A DNA stretch of 64,000 bases from an uncultured Clostridia bacterium (GTDB taxonomy: Bacteria; Bacillota; Clostridia; TANB77; CAG-508), in NCBI GenBank assembly GCA_934101145.1, contig CAKOPZ010000001.1, positions 5,279 through 69,278 of the forward strand. Reading direction: 5' to 3'. The position numbers were made by a program, and so were the translations under genes. The notes beneath the pieces are model-generated. The model ran no database searches and was not told the DNA's origin. It saw only the letters and a program-made list of their open reading frames with translations. This document shows, in pieces, positions 48,004 to 58,244 of this stretch (positions are counted from its first letter, which is position 1; the number at the start of each line of letters is the position of its first letter).

Positions 48004-48915
48004 ATGTTTGAATTATTAAAAAAGGGAGATACAATAGGTGTAATTGCCCCATCTTCACCTGTAGATAAGGAAGATTTGGAGGTAATTAATCAATCTGTTT
48101 TATTGCTAGAGTCTGCAGGATTTCATATACAATTTGGAAAAAACGTATTTAGTCATACACTTGGATATAGTGCAACTCCAAAGGAAAAAGCACAGGATAT
48201 CAATGATATGTTTGCAGATAAAAATATTAAATTAATTTTCTGCTTAAGTGGAGGATTTAATTCAAATTCAACATTTGAATATTTAGATTATGATGTAATA
48301 AAGAACAATCCAAAACCAATTTGTGGATTTAGTGATAGCACATCACTTACAAATGTAATATATGCTAAAACAGGTGTAATAACATTTAATGGTGCTACAT
48401 TTAAAGCATTAACATCATGGCAAACAGAATATGCATATAAAGAAGTTATAAAAAGATTTGTAAAAGGTGATTTAAGCCTAGGGCAAGAAGATGATGAATA
48501 TATTGCTATAAAAGATGGAATCGCAGAGGGAAAATTGGTTGGAGGCAATTTAAGCCTTACAACTCAAATGTGTGCGGGTAATTATTCAATAGATTTTAAT
48601 GATAAAATTTTATTTATAGAAGAGTTTTGTTTAGAAACACCACCAGAGCTTGTTTCAAATTATTTATATCATATGAAACAGAATGGAGTATTTGATAAAA
48701 TAAAAGGTATATGGGTAGGAAATTATGATGGAAGTGTTGCACTTGAAAAAATACTTTTAGATGTGCTTGAAGATAAATACAATTTTCCAATCATAAAATC
48801 AAATAATTTTGGACACACAGAAAGAAAAACAGTTATACCTGTTGGTGCGAAAGCAAAAATTGATACAACAAAAGATACAAAAATTGAGATATTAGAAAAT
48901 TTATATATAGGATAA
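48004..48915 (+). CDS. LD-carboxypeptidase (peptidase S66, LdcA-like)
   Basis: 303 aa. [12 protein letters not shown], catalytic Ser context GFSDSTSL, and GHTE near the C-terminus. Confidence 0.85.
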   Translation: MFELLKKGDTIGVIAPSSPVDKEDLEVINQSVLLLESAGFHIQFGKNVFSHTLGYSATPKEKAQDINDMFADKNIKLIFCLSGGFNSNSTFEYLDYDVIKNNPKPICGFSDSTSLTNVIYAKTGVITFNGATFKALTSWQTEYAYKEVIKRFVKGDLSLGQEDDEYIAIKDGIAEGKLVGGNLSLTTQMCAGNYSIDFNDKILFIEEFCLETPPELVSNYLYHMKQNGVFDKIKGIWVGNYDGSVALEKILLDVLEDKYNFPIIKSNNFGHTERKTVIPVGAKAKIDTTKDTKIEILENLYIG

Positions 48916-48933
48916 AAGAGGTTATAAATAGAG

Positions 48934-49494
48934 ATGTACAATAATTGGGAAGAACTAGAGGGTAGCATAACAAATTGTAAGAAATGTAAATTGTGCAATA
49001 ATAGAACAAACATTGTATTTGGAGTTGGAAATAAAAATGCTGATATTATGTTTATAGGGGAAGGACCTGGTGCGGACGAGGATAGACAAGGTATCCCATT
49101 TGTAGGACGTGCAGGAAAGCTTATGGATAAAGCTTTTGAAGGACTTGGAATTGATAGAAGCAGTGTGTATATTGCAAATATTGTAAAATGTAGACCACCA
49201 CAAAATAGGGTTCCAGAAAGTGATGAAGCAGAGGCTTGTTTGAATTATTTAAGAAATCAAGTAATACTTGTAAAGCCAAAAATTATAGTATTACTTGGAA
49301 GTACAGCTCTTAAAAATATTCTTGGAAAAGATTTTGGTATTACATCAGCAAGAGGAAAATGGGTAGAAAGAAAAGGCATAATGTATATGCCAACTTGGCA
49401 TCCAGCAGCGCTTTTAAGAGATGAAACCAAAAAGATAGAATTTTGGAAAGATTTAAAACAGGTTATAGAAAAATTTAATGAAATTGAGGCTTAG
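48934..49494 (+). CDS. Uracil-DNA glycosylase, family 4
   Basis: 186 aa. N-terminal Cys cluster (CKKCKLC), motif GEGPGADED, and a HP motif near the C-terminus (WHPAALLR). Confidence 0.88.
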   Translation: MYNNWEELEGSITNCKKCKLCNNRTNIVFGVGNKNADIMFIGEGPGADEDRQGIPFVGRAGKLMDKAFEGLGIDRSSVYIANIVKCRPPQNRVPESDEAEACLNYLRNQVILVKPKIIVLLGSTALKNILGKDFGITSARGKWVERKGIMYMPTWHPAALLRDETKKIEFWKDLKQVIEKFNEIEA

Positions 49495-49498
49495 ATAT

Positions 49499-50761
49499 AT
49501 GATAGATAAAAAGATAGAAGAGTATTCAAATTATTGTTTAAATTGCAAGGTAAAGCCTTGTAGCCAAAAAGGATGTCCACTTTCAAATGATATCCCAGCA
49601 TTTATAAAATGTGTAAAAGATGAGGATTTGAAACAAGCATATATGATTTTAACAAAAACAACAATGCTTGGAAGTGTGTGCGGAAGAATTTGTCCTCATG
49701 AAAAGCAATGTCAAGGTAGCTGTGTTAGAGGTATCAAATCAGAGCCTGTACATATTGGAGAAATTGAAGCATATGTGTTTGATAACGGACTAAAAAATGA
49801 ATATTACAAAGAAATTGAAAAAAGTAATACACTAAAAAATAAAAAAATTGCCGTTATAGGAAGTGGCCCAGCAAGCCTTAATGCATCAGCGTTTTTGGCA
49901 ATGGCGGGAGCAGATGTAACAATATATGAAAAACAAAATGAACTTGGTGGAATATTATCACACGGAATACCCGAATTTAGACTTGATAGAGATATTTTAA
50001 ATTCTACAATAAATCAAATACTAAGTTTAGGTATAAAAATTAAAACAGGAATAACACTTGGAAAAGATATAAATTTAGAAGAGTTAAAGAAAAATTATGA
50101 TGCTGTATTTTTGGGAATAGGGGCAAATGTACCTGCTAAAATGAATATACCAGGCGAAGAATTAGAAGGAGTTTTTGGTGGTAATACTTTATTAGAAAAT
50201 GGAAATCACCCTGATTATACAAATAAAATTGTTGCAGTTAGTGGTGGCGGAAATGTTGCAATGGACTGTGCAAGAACAATAAAAAGAATGGGTGCAAAAA
50301 AAGTTTATGTAATATATAGAAGAGCAGAAGAACAAATGCCAGCAGAGAAAAAGGAAATTGCAGATGCAAAAAATGAGGGAATAGAGTTTTTATTCCAAAA
50401 TAATATTGTGAAAATTATTGGTGATGAAAAAGTAGAAAGAGTTGAATGTATAAAAACAGAGCTTGTGCAAAAAGAAGGAGAAACAAGACTTTCACCTGTA
50501 AATATTGAAGGAAGTAATTATGAACTTGATGTTGACTATGTTGTGATGGCAGTTGGATCAAAACCAGATAAAAATATTCTTTCAAAATTAAATCTTGAGC
50601 TTAATGAATGGGGATATATAAAAGTAGATGAAAATTATAAAACATCTGATGATAAAGTATATGCTGGGGGAGATTTAATAGGACAAAAAGCAACTGTAGC
50701 ATGGGCTGCAAAAGCTGGAAGAGACGCAGCAAAGGCAATGGAAAGGGAGCTGAAAAAATAG
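49499..50761 (+). CDS. Glutamate synthase small-subunit-like (GltD/PreT/NfnB family) Fe-S FAD/NAD(P) oxidoreductase
   Basis: About 420 aa. N-terminal Cys clusters and two Rossmann GxGxxG/A motifs (GSGPASL, SGGGNVAMD). ATG 49499 follows a GAGG SD. Confidence 0.8.
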   Translation: MIDKKIEEYSNYCLNCKVKPCSQKGCPLSNDIPAFIKCVKDEDLKQAYMILTKTTMLGSVCGRICPHEKQCQGSCVRGIKSEPVHIGEIEAYVFDNGLKNEYYKEIEKSNTLKNKKIAVIGSGPASLNASAFLAMAGADVTIYEKQNELGGILSHGIPEFRLDRDILNSTINQILSLGIKIKTGITLGKDINLEELKKNYDAVFLGIGANVPAKMNIPGEELEGVFGGNTLLENGNHPDYTNKIVAVSGGGNVAMDCARTIKRMGAKKVYVIYRRAEEQMPAEKKEIADAKNEGIEFLFQNNIVKIIGDEKVERVECIKTELVQKEGETRLSPVNIEGSNYELDVDYVVMAVGSKPDKNILSKLNLELNEWGYIKVDENYKTSDDKVYAGGDLIGQKATVAWAAKAGRDAAKAMERELKK

Positions 50762-50764
50762 TAT

Positions 50765-50794
50765 TTGACAAAACTATTAATTATATTGTATAAT
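50765..50794 (+). promoter_or_regulatory. Consensus-like sigma-A promoter directly after the gltD-like stop
   Basis: TTGACA (50765-50770), 18 nt, TATAAT (50789-50794), with TG immediately upstream of the -10. Confidence 0.35.
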
Positions 50795-50800
50795 ATAAAA

Positions 50801-50893
50801 AGAAAATGAGAACCGCAGATAATGCGGTTACCACTTATAGAGTAATAACAACACATTCCATTGGGTAAAAAGTAGAATGTGTTGTTATTTTTA
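50801..50893 (+). ncRNA. Candidate small RNA (~95 nt, two hairpins) convergent with a small hydrophobic ORF
   Basis: Bounded by the promoter above and the 15-bp terminator stem. Internal hairpin AACCGCA/TGCGGTT (50811-50829). Could instead simply be the gltD-like 3' UTR. Confidence 0.3.
50844..50893 (+). terminator. Strong intrinsic terminator (15-bp perfect stem)
   Basis: AATAACAACACATTC (50844-50858) pairs with GAATGTGTTGTTATT (50875-50889), followed by a T-run. Confidence 0.75.
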
Positions 50894-51004
50894 TTCCTTA
50901 TTTATAATTGTATTAACATATTGTATGTATATAATTGACAATAAGGTTATATTTATGAATAGTGATGCCATTAAGGCTATTATTAAATATAATATAAAAT
51001 TCAT
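50891..51004 (-). CDS. Small hydrophobic peptide (37 aa), type I toxin-like
   Basis: Not in the ORF track (below 60 aa). GAGGTG SD lies 5 nt upstream of the ATG at 51004. Translation: MNFILYLIIALMASLFINITLLSIIYIQYVNTIINKE, one TM helix plus a short polar tail. Confidence 0.45.
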   Translation of the reverse strand: MNFILYLIIALMASLFINITLLSIIYIQYVNTIINKE

Positions 51005-51130
51005 AAACACCACCTCACTTTCTGATAGCAATAACTATCTAAGATGAAGTGGCAACACATATCTACTATCTCATTTTCTATGTTAATAACTATATAATAA
51101 TTTGTAACAAAAATCAAGCAAACAAATAAA

Positions 51131-51155
51131 AAAAACCGGTGTTAACCGGTTTTTT
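51131..51155. terminator. Hairpin terminator of the HExxH protein gene
   Basis: AAAAACCGG (51131-51139) pairs with CCGGTTTTT (51146-51154). A/T runs lie on both sides. Confidence 0.65.
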
Positions 51156-52227
51156 ATTGTAATTCTATTCTAGCTCCAAGAAGAGCTTTTATTTTCCTAA
51201 AGAATATAGAAACTGTAGATTGACTTGATACAACAAGTTGTGTATTATTCATAATATTTTCATATTTATTATCTAAATCTACCATTTTATTAATATAGAA
51301 ATCATTGAAATTAGAGTAATTTTCTGTTATTCCAATGTAATTTTTATAATTATATAATCTAAAACGATATGAATCTATATCTGCAGTTGTAGCAATTCGT
51401 GAAAATTGTGTGTTAAAGTATGAAGTATAGATTAAATCTTGTGTATTAAAATAAATTTCCTTAATCTTTGCTTTTAACTTTGATATTTTTCTAGCAACTT
51501 TTTGAGCTTTCATACCTTCACAATTATCTTGAACAAGTTTATTGTTTAGTTTTATAATTTTTTCTTCATAGTTCATTATCTTATCTAAATTATCCTCGAC
51601 CTTTATTAAAGCTATATCACCACAAAGATCACTAAATTTATCTTTAAATAAACTTGTGCCATAAAATGTACTATCAAAAAGATATTCTTCACCTGTTACG
51701 TATGCCATTTGTGCAACTAAATTACACAAAAGTGGGTAGTAAGAGGGGCTATTTGTTGGAAGTGAGATTTCATAGTATTTAACGATTTCTTGTCTATGAT
51801 CTAATGCTTTAGAAGCCATAAATTGAACAGCTCCTTCATTAAGGGCAAGTCCTTGGATTCTTAAATCTCCAAAATCACAAAGTCCAAGTTTTACAAGATT
51901 ACCTTTTTTATCTTTTATTTCTTGCAAATAATGTATAAATTCATGTACAGCGAATTTTTCTAATTCATTTACTGGAATTCCAGATTTGAAATAGATAGAT
52001 GAATTTTTATAAAAATAATTTGCTTCTGCAAACCCATCTGGCATTTCTGCAATATACATTGGTATTCTGGATAGTGCAATAAAAAGATTATGAAAAATAA
52101 AGTTTTGCTCTGGAAAAGTGCTACATATTTTTTCTGCAACATCGTGAGCTAGAGTATTTACACTTAATGTATCTAAAGCTCGTATTACTTTAATTCCATC
52201 CTTTTTTAAATCTGATTCGATACTCAT
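51154..52227 (-). CDS. Hypothetical protein with HExxH zinc-metallopeptidase motif
   Basis: 357 aa. HEFIH (within FAVHEFIHYLQE), followed about 35 aa later by NEGAVQF, a possible third ligand Glu. The C-terminal half is a coiled coil. RBS GGAGAA. Confidence 0.55.
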   Translation of the reverse strand: MSIESDLKKDGIKVIRALDTLSVNTLAHDVAEKICSTFPEQNFIFHNLFIALSRIPMYIAEMPDGFAEANYFYKNSSIYFKSGIPVNELEKFAVHEFIHYLQEIKDKKGNLVKLGLCDFGDLRIQGLALNEGAVQFMASKALDHRQEIVKYYEISLPTNSPSYYPLLCNLVAQMAYVTGEEYLFDSTFYGTSLFKDKFSDLCGDIALIKVEDNLDKIMNYEEKIIKLNNKLVQDNCEGMKAQKVARKISKLKAKIKEIYFNTQDLIYTSYFNTQFSRIATTADIDSYRFRLYNYKNYIGITENYSNFNDFYINKMVDLDNKYENIMNNTQLVVSSQSTVSIFFRKIKALLGARIELQ

Positions 52228-52335
52228 ATATTGTTTCTCCTTAGTAATTCATATATCAACATTATACAACATTTTTGTAATGTTTTGTGTTACAAAAATA
52301 TTACAGTTATATTACAAATATGTGACAAAACAGTT

Positions 52336-54759
52336 CTAACGAACTACAATATTATATATTTTGTTTTTAACATAAATTTCTTTTACAACAGTTTTATCTT
52401 CCAATTGCTTTTGAACAGATTCATTTAAGTGAACTTTTTCTTTAACAGAGCTTTCATCTTCGTCAAGTGAAATTAAAATTGTTGCTTTTACTTTACCATT
52501 TACTTGAACAGGAATTTGTATTTCATCATCTATTGTTTTGTTATCATCAAATGTAGGCCATGGAGTGTTTGCAATTGTTGTATCAGATAGTTTTGAAAAT
52601 AATTCTTCTGTCATATGTGGTGCAAATGGATTTAATAATTGAAGTAATGTCTTAAATTCTGCTTTATTAATTTGTTTTTCTTTGTAAAATTCATTTACCA
52701 TTGTCATAAATGTACTTACAGCTGTATTAAATTTCATTTCTTCTATATCTTCTGAAACTTTTTTGATTGCTTTATGCATCATTTTTTCAAATTTTGGAGA
52801 ATATGTATCTCCATCTACAAGCATATCTTGCATGTTCCATACACGGTCTAAGAATTTACCACATCCACGGATGCTATCCATTGACCATGGTGCTGTTTGA
52901 TCAAATGGACCCATAAACATTTCATAAACACGGAATGTATCTGCTCCAAATTCAGCAACTATATCATCAGGGTTTATAACATTTCCTTTAGATTTAGACA
53001 TTTTTTCACCATTTGTTCCTAGTATCATACCATGTGATGTACGTTTATGATATGGTTCTTTCGTTGGAACAACTCCGATATCATATAGGAATTTATGCCA
53101 AAATCTTGAGTATAATAGATGAAGTGTTGTGTGTTCCATTCCACCATTATACCAATCTACAGGTGACCAATATTTTAATGCTTCTTTTGAAGCTAAAGCA
53201 TTATCATTATGTGGGTCCATATATCTTAAATAATACCAAGATGAACCAGCCCATTGAGGCATTGTATCTGTTTCTCTTTTAGCATTTCCACCACAGCAAG
53301 GACAAGTTGTATTAATCCAGCTATCTAATTTAGAAAGTGGAGATTCACCATTTTCACTTGGCTCATAGTCTTGAATTTCTGGTAGAACAAGAGGTAAATC
53401 TTCTTCTTTTAGTGGAACCCAACCACATTTGTCACAATGTACCATAGGGATTGGCTCGCCCCAATAACGTTGTCTTGAGAATACCCAATCACGTAATTTA
53501 TAATTTACTTTCTTTTCTCCAATTCCTTTTTCTTCTAGAAATTCGATTATTTTCTTTTTAGCATCTGCAACAGATAAGCCGTTTAAGAAATCAGAATTTA
53601 TAAGTACTCCATCTGCAACATCTGTAAATGCTTCTTTTGAAAGGTCACAACTAATTGTATCATCTTTTGGAGCAACTACTTGTACCATTGGAATATTAAA
53701 TTTTGTCGCAAATTCATAATCTCTTGTATCATGTGCAGGAACAGCCATAATAGCTCCTGTTCCATATGTTATTAATACATAATCTGAAACCCAAATTGGA
53801 ATTTCTTTTCCATTTACAGGATTAATTGCTTTTAGACCTTTTATTTCAACACCTGATTTTTCTTTGTTTAATTCTGAACGTTCAAAATCAGATTTTAAAG
53901 CAGCTTTATTTTTGTAATCTTTTACCTCATCCATATTTGTGATTTTGTCAGAATATTTTTCTATAAATGGATGCTCTGGAGCAACAACCATATAAGTTGC
54001 ACCAAATAGAGTGTCTGGTCTTGTTGTGTAAACTGTTAAACTATCATCTGTATTTGATAATTTAAACTTAACTTCAGCACCTTCACTTCTACCAATCCAG
54101 TTTCTTTGTTGAGCCTTGATTTTATCAAGGTAATCAACATCATCTAAATCATCAATTAATCTTTGAGCATAATCTGTTATTTTTAACATCCATTGGCTTT
54201 TCTCTTTTTGAACAACTGGACTTCCGCATCTTTCACAAACGCCATTTACAACTTCTTCATTTGCAAGACCAACCTTGCATCCTGTACAGAAGTTAATTGG
54301 CATTGTAGCTTTGTAAGCAAGTCCATGTTTATATAATTGGATAAAAATCCACTGTGTCCATTTGTAGTAATTTGGATCTGTTGTATTTATTTCTCTTGAC
54401 CAATCAAAAGAAAATCCCAAAGATTTTAATTGCTCTTTAAAATGTGCAATATTTTTTTCTGTGGTAATTCTAGGGTGAATGTGATTTTTTATTGCATAAT
54501 TTTCTGCAGGAAGACCAAATGCATCAAAACCAATAGGGTATAAAACATTATATCCTTGCATTCTTCTTTTTCTTGCAATTATGTCAAGAGCTGTGTAGCT
54601 TCTAGGGTGTCCAACATGCAAACCTTGACCAGATGGATAAGGAAATTCTATTAATCCATACCATTTCTTTTTTGTATAATCATCTTGAGCATTAAAAGTA
54701 CCTTCTGTGTACCATTTATTTTGCCATTTTTTCTCTACTGTTTTAAAATCATAAGCCAT
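52336..54759 (-). CDS. leuS: Leucine--tRNA ligase
   Basis: 807 aa. HIGH motif ([10 protein letters not shown]), KMSKS motif, and the CP1 editing domain. Confidence 0.97.
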   Translation of the reverse strand: MAYDFKTVEKKWQNKWYTEGTFNAQDDYTKKKWYGLIEFPYPSGQGLHVGHPRSYTALDIIARKRRMQGYNVLYPIGFDAFGLPAENYAIKNHIHPRITTEKNIAHFKEQLKSLGFSFDWSREINTTDPNYYKWTQWIFIQLYKHGLAYKATMPINFCTGCKVGLANEEVVNGVCERCGSPVVQKEKSQWMLKITDYAQRLIDDLDDVDYLDKIKAQQRNWIGRSEGAEVKFKLSNTDDSLTVYTTRPDTLFGATYMVVAPEHPFIEKYSDKITNMDEVKDYKNKAALKSDFERSELNKEKSGVEIKGLKAINPVNGKEIPIWVSDYVLITYGTGAIMAVPAHDTRDYEFATKFNIPMVQVVAPKDDTISCDLSKEAFTDVADGVLINSDFLNGLSVADAKKKIIEFLEEKGIGEKKVNYKLRDWVFSRQRYWGEPIPMVHCDKCGWVPLKEEDLPLVLPEIQDYEPSENGESPLSKLDSWINTTCPCCGGNAKRETDTMPQWAGSSWYYLRYMDPHNDNALASKEALKYWSPVDWYNGGMEHTTLHLLYSRFWHKFLYDIGVVPTKEPYHKRTSHGMILGTNGEKMSKSKGNVINPDDIVAEFGADTFRVYEMFMGPFDQTAPWSMDSIRGCGKFLDRVWNMQDMLVDGDTYSPKFEKMMHKAIKKVSEDIEEMKFNTAVSTFMTMVNEFYKEKQINKAEFKTLLQLLNPFAPHMTEELFSKLSDTTIANTPWPTFDDNKTIDDEIQIPVQVNGKVKATILISLDEDESSVKEKVHLNESVQKQLEDKTVVKEIYVKNKIYNIVVR

Positions 54760-54892
54760 AATAACTCAATCCTTTCGTCTAAACATTAATACACAGTATT
54801 ATATAACATTTTTTCGCATAATTGAAGGGAAAAATTAAAAAAAGTACCAAAAAGATTGTCAAAAACAGCAAGAAATTTGCGATGGGTTTTTC

Positions 54893-54920
54893 TTGACAAT
54901 TATAATTTGTATTATATAAT
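54893..54920 (+). promoter_or_regulatory. Sigma-A promoter candidate for adhE
   Basis: TTGACA (54893-54898), 16 nt, TATAAT (54915-54920), about 40 nt upstream of the adhE ATG. Confidence 0.5.
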
Positions 54921-54960
54921 TGATGTAAATAAAATTTGACAAAGGAGAAATAAGGTAAAT

Positions 54961-57573
54961 ATGGCAAAAGAAATAAGTGAAGAAGAACTAAATAGAATTC
55001 AAAACATGGTTGATGAACTTATGATAAAGGCTAAAAAGGCTTCAGAAGAATATATGAAGCTTGATCAAGAGCAGGTTAATAATATTGTTAAAGCTATGTC
55101 TATGGCAGGGCTTGAACATCATATGGAACTTGCTAAAATGGCTGTAGAGGAAACTGGAAGAGGAATATACGAAGATAAGATAACTAAGAATATGTTTGCA
55201 ACAGAGTATGTTTATCATAGTATTAAATATGATAAAACAGTTGGTATAATTAACAAAAATGAGGAAGAGGGATATGAAGAAATTGCAGAGCCAGTTGGTA
55301 TAATTGCTGGTGTAACTCCTGTTACAAATCCAACTTCAACAACAATGTTTAAATCAATTATTGCTGCAAAAACTAGAAATGTTATAGTATTTGGATTCCA
55401 TCCATCTGCTCAAAAATGTAGTGTACAAGCTGCAACATATTTAAGAGATGCGGCCGTTAAAGCGGGAGCTCCGAAAGATTGTATCTTATGGATAGAAGAG
55501 CCTTCTATTGAAGCTACAAGAGCTCTTATGAATCATCCTGCAGTTAATTTGATACTTGCAACTGGTGGAACTGGAATGGTTAAATCTGCGTATTCATGTG
55601 GTAAACCTGCACTTGGTGTAGGTCCTGGCAATGTTCCATGCTATATAGATAAAACTGCAAAATTAAAAACATCAGTTAATGATTTAGTTATGTCTAAATC
55701 TTTTGATAATGGTATGATTTGTGCTTCAGAGCAATCTGTTATTGTTGATAAAGATATAAAGGACCAATTCGAATGGTTAATGAGAGAGGCTGGTTGCTAT
55801 TTTCTATCTGAAGATGAAACAAACAGACTTCGTTCAAAAATGTTTATAGAAGAAAAAGGTGGAGCATTAAATTCAAGCATTGTTGGTAAAAGTCCATATG
55901 ATATTGCAAAGCTTGCAGAAATAGATGTTCCAAAAGACACAAAAGTGCTTGTTTTAAAAGAAAATGGAGTTGGTATTGAATATCCATTTTCAAAGGAGAA
56001 ATTAAGCCCTGTTTTAGCATATTATGTTGTAGAAAATAGTGATGAGGGAATTGAACTTGCAGAAAAACTTATCGAGTTTGGTGGACTTGGACATTCTGCA
56101 GTTATTCATTCGGAAGATGATGAAACAATTCAAAAATTTTCTCAAAAAGTTAAAGTTGGAAGAATTATTGTAAATTCTCCTTCAACTCATGGCGCAATAG
56201 GTGACATATATAATACAAATATGCCATCACTTACACTTGGTTGTGGTACATTTGGTGGAAATTCAACAACAGCAAATGTGTCAAGTGTAAATTTAATAAA
56301 TATAAAAAGAGTTGCGAAAAGGAGAGTAAATATGCAATGGTTTAAAGTTCCAGAAAAAATATATTTTGAAGCAGGTTCAATTGGTTACCTAGAAAAAATG
56401 CCAGAGATAACAAGAGCTTTTATTGTAACAGATGAATCCATGGTTAAACTTGGATATATAGATAAAATATTATATCATCTAAGAAAAAGACATGATTATG
56501 TACATTCTGAAATTTTCTCAGAGGTGGAGTCAGATCCATCATTTGAAACAATTGAAAAAGGTTTAAAGATGATGAATGAATTTAAGCCAGATGTAATAAT
56601 TGCAGTAGGTGGAGGAAGTCCAATTGATGCTGCAAAAGGTATGTGGCTATTTTATGAACATCCAGATGCTGATGTTGAAGGCCTAAAACTTAAATTTATG
56701 GATATTAGAAAACGTACATACAAATTTCCTAAATTGGGTACAAAGGCAAAAATGGTTGCAATTCCTACAACTTCAGGAACAGGTTCAGAAGTAACATCAT
56801 TTGCTGTTCTTACTGATAAAAAGCTTAATAAGAAATATCCTCTAGCTGATTATGAATTAACACCAGATGTTGCAATTGTTGATCCAGATTTAGTTATGAG
56901 TTTACCTAAGAGAATTACAGCAGATACTGGAATGGATGTTTTAACACATGCAATTGAAAGTTATGTTTCAAATATGGCTTCTGATTATACAGATGGACTT
57001 GCAGAAAAAGCCTTGGAACTTGTGTTTAAAAATATAAGAGAAGCATATAATCATGGAGACAACAAAACGGCAAGAGAGCATATGCATAATGCAAGTACAA
57101 TAGCTGGAATGGCTTTTACAAATGCATTTTTAGGAATTAATCATTCTTTAGCACATAAAATTGGTGCAGAATTTCATTTAGCACATGGTAGAATAAATGC
57201 AATTTTACTACCATATGTAATAAGATATAATAGTCAAATGCCTACAAAATTTGTATCTTTCCCTAAATATGAATATTTTATAGCTGATAAAAAATATGCA
57301 GATTTAGCAAGAAAAATGAATTTCCCTGCATTTACAAATGAAGAGGGAGTATGGTCATTAATTCACGAAATTCAAAAATTAAATGAGGATTTAGGAATAG
57401 AAAAATCATTTAAAGAAGCAGGTGTTGATGAACAAGAATTCTTAAGCAAAGTTGATATACTTGCAGATAGAGCATTTGAAGATCAATGTACAACTGCAAA
57501 TCCTAGGGTACCACTTGTATCTGAGCTGAAACAAATATTAATTGATAGCTACTATGGAAACGAAATCAATTAA
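54961..57573 (+). CDS. adhE: Bifunctional acetaldehyde-CoA/alcohol dehydrogenase
   Basis: 870 aa. N-terminal aldehyde dehydrogenase domain and C-terminal iron-containing ADH domain ([10 protein letters not shown], His-rich metal site). Confidence 0.96.
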   Translation: MAKEISEEELNRIQNMVDELMIKAKKASEEYMKLDQEQVNNIVKAMSMAGLEHHMELAKMAVEETGRGIYEDKITKNMFATEYVYHSIKYDKTVGIINKNEEEGYEEIAEPVGIIAGVTPVTNPTSTTMFKSIIAAKTRNVIVFGFHPSAQKCSVQAATYLRDAAVKAGAPKDCILWIEEPSIEATRALMNHPAVNLILATGGTGMVKSAYSCGKPALGVGPGNVPCYIDKTAKLKTSVNDLVMSKSFDNGMICASEQSVIVDKDIKDQFEWLMREAGCYFLSEDETNRLRSKMFIEEKGGALNSSIVGKSPYDIAKLAEIDVPKDTKVLVLKENGVGIEYPFSKEKLSPVLAYYVVENSDEGIELAEKLIEFGGLGHSAVIHSEDDETIQKFSQKVKVGRIIVNSPSTHGAIGDIYNTNMPSLTLGCGTFGGNSTTANVSSVNLINIKRVAKRRVNMQWFKVPEKIYFEAGSIGYLEKMPEITRAFIVTDESMVKLGYIDKILYHLRKRHDYVHSEIFSEVESDPSFETIEKGLKMMNEFKPDVIIAVGGGSPIDAAKGMWLFYEHPDADVEGLKLKFMDIRKRTYKFPKLGTKAKMVAIPTTSGTGSEVTSFAVLTDKKLNKKYPLADYELTPDVAIVDPDLVMSLPKRITADTGMDVLTHAIESYVSNMASDYTDGLAEKALELVFKNIREAYNHGDNKTAREHMHNASTIAGMAFTNAFLGINHSLAHKIGAEFHLAHGRINAILLPYVIRYNSQMPTKFVSFPKYEYFIADKKYADLARKMNFPAFTNEEGVWSLIHEIQKLNEDLGIEKSFKEAGVDEQEFLSKVDILADRAFEDQCTTANPRVPLVSELKQILIDSYYGNEIN

Positions 57574-57660
57574 CATAACTTGACAAATGCTGGGAAAAAC
57601 TGTATAATATCTGTATAGTGGTTTTATACCATAAGATATACTCTGGAAAGGAAGATTTTA

Positions 57661-58197
57661 ATGACATTACGGGCAAGACTCGAAGAATTGAAGAAAATGG
57701 GATGGACAATTGATGATCTCATTGAATTAACGAGCGAGCTGGAAGAATTAGTAGGTGGATTAGAATACGATAATGACAAAAAAACAATGGAATTCAAGCA
57801 GGACTTTATTAAGGACATCAAGAAACACAATGTTGATATGGAAACCTACGAAGAGGTTAGCAAAATGTTGATTTCGCTGGGGATTACTCCAAACTTAAAG
57901 GGGTACCATTATACGATTGAAGCAGTACTGATGGGAATCAAAGACAAAAAAGTATTTACAATGATTACGACTGGCCTGTATGATGGTGTTGCCAAAAAAT
58001 ATAATACAACGTGGCAGTGTGTTGAAAGATGCATTAGACATGTTGTGGAAAAGAGTTGGCAAATGACATCGGATGAGAATAGGGCTGCTATCTTGGGAGT
58101 CCTTTCAGAGTCTTATCCTACATGTGCGGAATTTATTGGATTAATTTGTGAGAGAGTTGCATGCAATCTTGCTAATAAAGGTACAATAAAGATTTAA
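57661..58197 (+). CDS. Orphan Spo0A C-terminal (DNA-binding) domain protein lacking a receiver domain
   Basis: 178 aa. Residues ~70-170 (LGITPNLKGYHYTIEAVLMGI...LYDGVAKKYNTTWQCVERCIRHVVEKSW...PTCAEFIGLI) follow the Spo0A_C pattern (IKGYxYL..AI...LY..IA.KY.TT...VERAIRHAIE..W...PTN.EFIA). Visibly GC-richer with atypical codons (CTG, GAG, CTC, ACG, CGG). Confidence 0.7.
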   Translation: MTLRARLEELKKMGWTIDDLIELTSELEELVGGLEYDNDKKTMEFKQDFIKDIKKHNVDMETYEEVSKMLISLGITPNLKGYHYTIEAVLMGIKDKKVFTMITTGLYDGVAKKYNTTWQCVERCIRHVVEKSWQMTSDENRAAILGVLSESYPTCAEFIGLICERVACNLANKGTIKI

Positions 58198-58211
58198 GAA
58201 AATCTTCAAAA

Positions 58212-58239
58212 AAAGGATCCACAAATGTGGGTCCTTTTT
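58212..58239. terminator. Bidirectional terminator between the Spo0A_C-like gene and aspS
   Basis: An 11-bp stem, AAAGGATCCAC with GTGGGTCCTTT (one G-U pair), 4-nt loop, and T/A runs on both sides. Confidence 0.7.
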
Positions 58240-58244
58240 CATGG

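Noticed and set aside
54760-54960. T-box leaders upstream of leuS (54760-54960), aspS (60006-60158) and gatC (60735-60855)
   Set aside because: The intergenic regions are only 120-200 nt. I could not find the conserved T-box sequence (AGGGTGGTACCGCG-like) or a specifier/antiterminator arrangement.
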